A stretch of 64,000 nt of DNA from Octopus vulgaris. Taxonomy: Eukaryota. The translations under genes were made by a program, and so were the position numbers. The stretch lies in NCBI GenBank assembly GCA_951406725.2, contig OX597832.1:17422001-17486000 (forward strand), written 5' to 3'. The notes under the pieces were generated by a model, which did no database searches, had not been told where the DNA came from, and was given only the letters and a program-made list of their open reading frames with translations. Positions 61,036-64,000 of this stretch are shown in pieces; the stretch's first letter is position 1; each line of letters starts with the position of its first letter.

Positions 61036-61769
61036 GTGGCGGTTATTAAGATGGTGAGGATGTTTAACTCCAGTTTATCCCTAACTGAACAGATTCCAGC
61101 AGACACAAGCCCATCTCTTCGCATTGAAACATGGTTTGTTGCGTACACTCTGCTATATATCCCACTTGAATGCGATTCTTGTGCTAATTCTTGCAAATCC
61201 TTCAGTTTGCAACGAGTATATGATGCTGTAATAAACAAACAGGACAATTCCTCAGCGGACAGTGCCAAACGCAAACTTTAAAAACTTGCGGAACTGAAAT
61301 TACTGCCTCATACAGCTTACAGTTCAATCTTTGTGCCACTAGGTTATCACCTTTCTTGAACAATGTTTCATTCCTTACAAGGATAGGGGTATAACAATGT
61401 TGATGAAGTTGAAAACGGTTGCTAAGGATTTAGCCTCAAAAGCAACTAAATAGTATAAGCGTGGAATTCTGGTACAATGATAGCAACAGACAGTAAAATA
61501 TGATGGAATATATTCTGATGGATAGACGCATTTTGTATGTAATTTATTTGAACTATTAAATAAAGCTTAGGAGAAAATCATTCACACAACCTGTTACGTG
61601 CATATAAACATGGTTTAGATAGGTTCGTGTACGAGAGTAAATACTCACACACACACATACATACACAAATATATAATTGCATAAATACATATATATGCAT
61701 TATGCGTACACATGCTCACATATTATTGGAAAACAAATTTGAAAATTTGTTGAAATACGAAGAAACGTT

Positions 61770-62197
61770 ATAGATAGATTAAAAGACAGACAGACAGACA
61801 AACATATATATGATAGATAGACAGAGAGACAGACAGTCACACAAACAGGCAGGTAGACAAACAGAGTCGGACGGACAGACAAACAGATAGATGGTAGATA
61901 GACAGAGACAAGCACACATATAGACAGAAAGACAAACAGACAGACAGTAGGACAGCCAGACAGACAGTCGGACGGACAGACATATATGATAGATAGATAG
62001 ATAGGTAGATAGATAGACCGAGACAGACAGTCATACAGACAGATAGACAAACAGACAGGTAGACGGACAGACACACAGATATATGATAGATACATAGACA
62101 GAGAGACAGTCATACAGACAGACAAAGAAACAGACAGACGGACGGGTAGACAGATAGACATTTAGATAGATTGATAGATAGGTAGAAAGATAGATGG

Positions 62198-62248
<51 letters not shown>

Positions 62249-62265
62249 CAAACAGATAGATAAAT

Positions 62266-62300
<35 letters not shown>

Positions 62301-62325
62301 GACAGACAGACAGACAGATAGATAG
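61770..62325. repeat. Degenerate (GACA)n/(GATA)n tract
   Basis: Directly visible. Confidence 0.95.
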
Positions 62326-63406
62326 TCAAAGGTCTAAGGCTGGATGCAATGAAAGATATATAAATAAGCAGGCATATAGATAGACATGCAGGCTGTGAGG
62401 CAAACAAACAGTCACTTAGATATATTGTTAGATCATCTTTAGTTAGTTAGTTAGTTAGTTAGTTAGTAAGATTGATAGACAGGTAGGTACGAAGGTAGGT
62501 AGGTATGTATGTAGGTGGACAGACAGATAGACAGACAGAGAATTGGATACATATATAGATAGAAAGATAGAAAGCCAGAAATACAAAGTAGCCAATGAAA
62601 TAAATACACAAATTATCAAAACAAATTAAATAACAAGAAACGCACAAATATACATATAACTAACTAATATAACTAACAAAACGAGCGAGGGTCTATGAGC
62701 AAGAAAAGACTGGAGCTTTTGACTGTGAAACTCGTAGTGGTATAGTGAATGGCGGAGCAAGGGGCGAAGCAGAGACAGTTTAAATGGTCGCTATTCACTA
62801 ATTGACATTATCACATCTCATCTTATTTGATCTCTTCAATAAAGACGCGATAAACAGACTTCATTTCCTGGTTCAAGATTCATTACGAATACCGATATTT
62901 CTCCCTACCACTCCATTTTTAATTCACCCCATCCCATCCTCTCTTTCTCTCTCTTTCAAACGTAGTTTCACTTTCACTATCCCCTTCTCTGCCTTCTCCC
63001 ACGGTCTCGTCTTTCCTCTCTGTACATCTCTTTGTATATCAGACTTCGTTTCTATCTCTCTCTGTTTCACTGACATTCTTCCTCCTAACTTCTCTGTCAT
63101 TTGTATATGTGTTTCACTTGCATGGTCGGTTGGTTGAGTGATTGGTCGCTTGGTTCATTGGTTGGTTGGTTAGATGGTTGGTCGGTTGATTGGTGAGTTG
63201 GTTGGTTGGTTGCGAAGTTCAGTGCCTGGGTGAGAGACGGGGTGATAGACTCCGTTCCTGGTCCTGGGTATTTTGGTGTCCGTCTGTTCACTGGTTTTGT
63301 TGTCTGTTATCTTATTTGGGAACTAAATCATAAACATATATAAACAAATATAAAAAAGCATACATAAATGTTATATATATATGTGTATATTTGTGTGTAT
63401 GTATAT

Positions 63407-63465
<59 letters not shown>

Positions 63466-64000
63466 ATGTGTGTGTATTCATATATGTGTGCATGTGTGTA
63501 CATATATGTACATATATATATATATATATTCATTCATATATAAATATATACATCCATGCATACATATACAGATCTTACTGTAATACTGTATAAATTCATT
63601 GACACATTTCTACACGAACACACGCACGCATATATATCTGTATCAATGTACAAAATTGGTATGCATTTATTTGTGTGTGTGTATATAATGTTATGTATAA
63701 CTACACACAATATACACGTATTCGAACGCAGGTCTCCATGCATCGCATGGTTACACTCTACTGGCTAATGCTGGCATTTATACTGTCCGAATTGAAAATT
63801 CTACGGCCATGTTCATCCGGTCGACATCGATTAATACCCACGAACGTTTACAGGACCGTAACATATTATTTGCCACGGAACCTTAATGTGTAACTGACCA
63901 GTTGGTTTGGTCAATGTTATTTGGACAAGTTGTGTCCATTTCTGAAAGAGCCAAAACCTAATATCTCTTCAGCTACCGTATATGCGTAAATATGTAAGCA

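Noticed and set aside
62439-62467. (TTAG)n as a telomeric repeat
   Set aside because: Ordinary tetranucleotide repeat, not TTAGGG or TTAGG.

Overview
AT-rich, microsatellite-saturated eukaryotic non-coding DNA, probably intronic or intergenic. The SINE families and repeat landscape suggest an octopus or other coleoid cephalopod (inference from recall, no database search). I found no intact, recognisable protein-coding gene; almost all listed ORFs are translated (TA)n/(TG)n/(TAA)n/(GAT)n repeats. Supportable content: (i) three tRNA-headed SINE families with many copies, two of them with perfect TSDs; (ii) decayed transposon remnants, namely a maT/DD37D-like Tc1/mariner, a Penelope-like RT, a CR1/L2-type LINE 3' end, an R4/Dong-type 3' end in (TAA)n and a TTAA piggyBac-type MITE; (iii) a 335-bp fold-back hairpin. 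The most interesting signal is a set of about ten type-I hammerhead-ribozyme-like motifs from several unrelated sequence families. Some sit inside small non-coding inverted-repeat cassettes, and some have non-canonical cores (U3-A8 compensation, long stem-II insertions, A.C mismatches). All folds were read by eye and need computational and biochemical confirmation.
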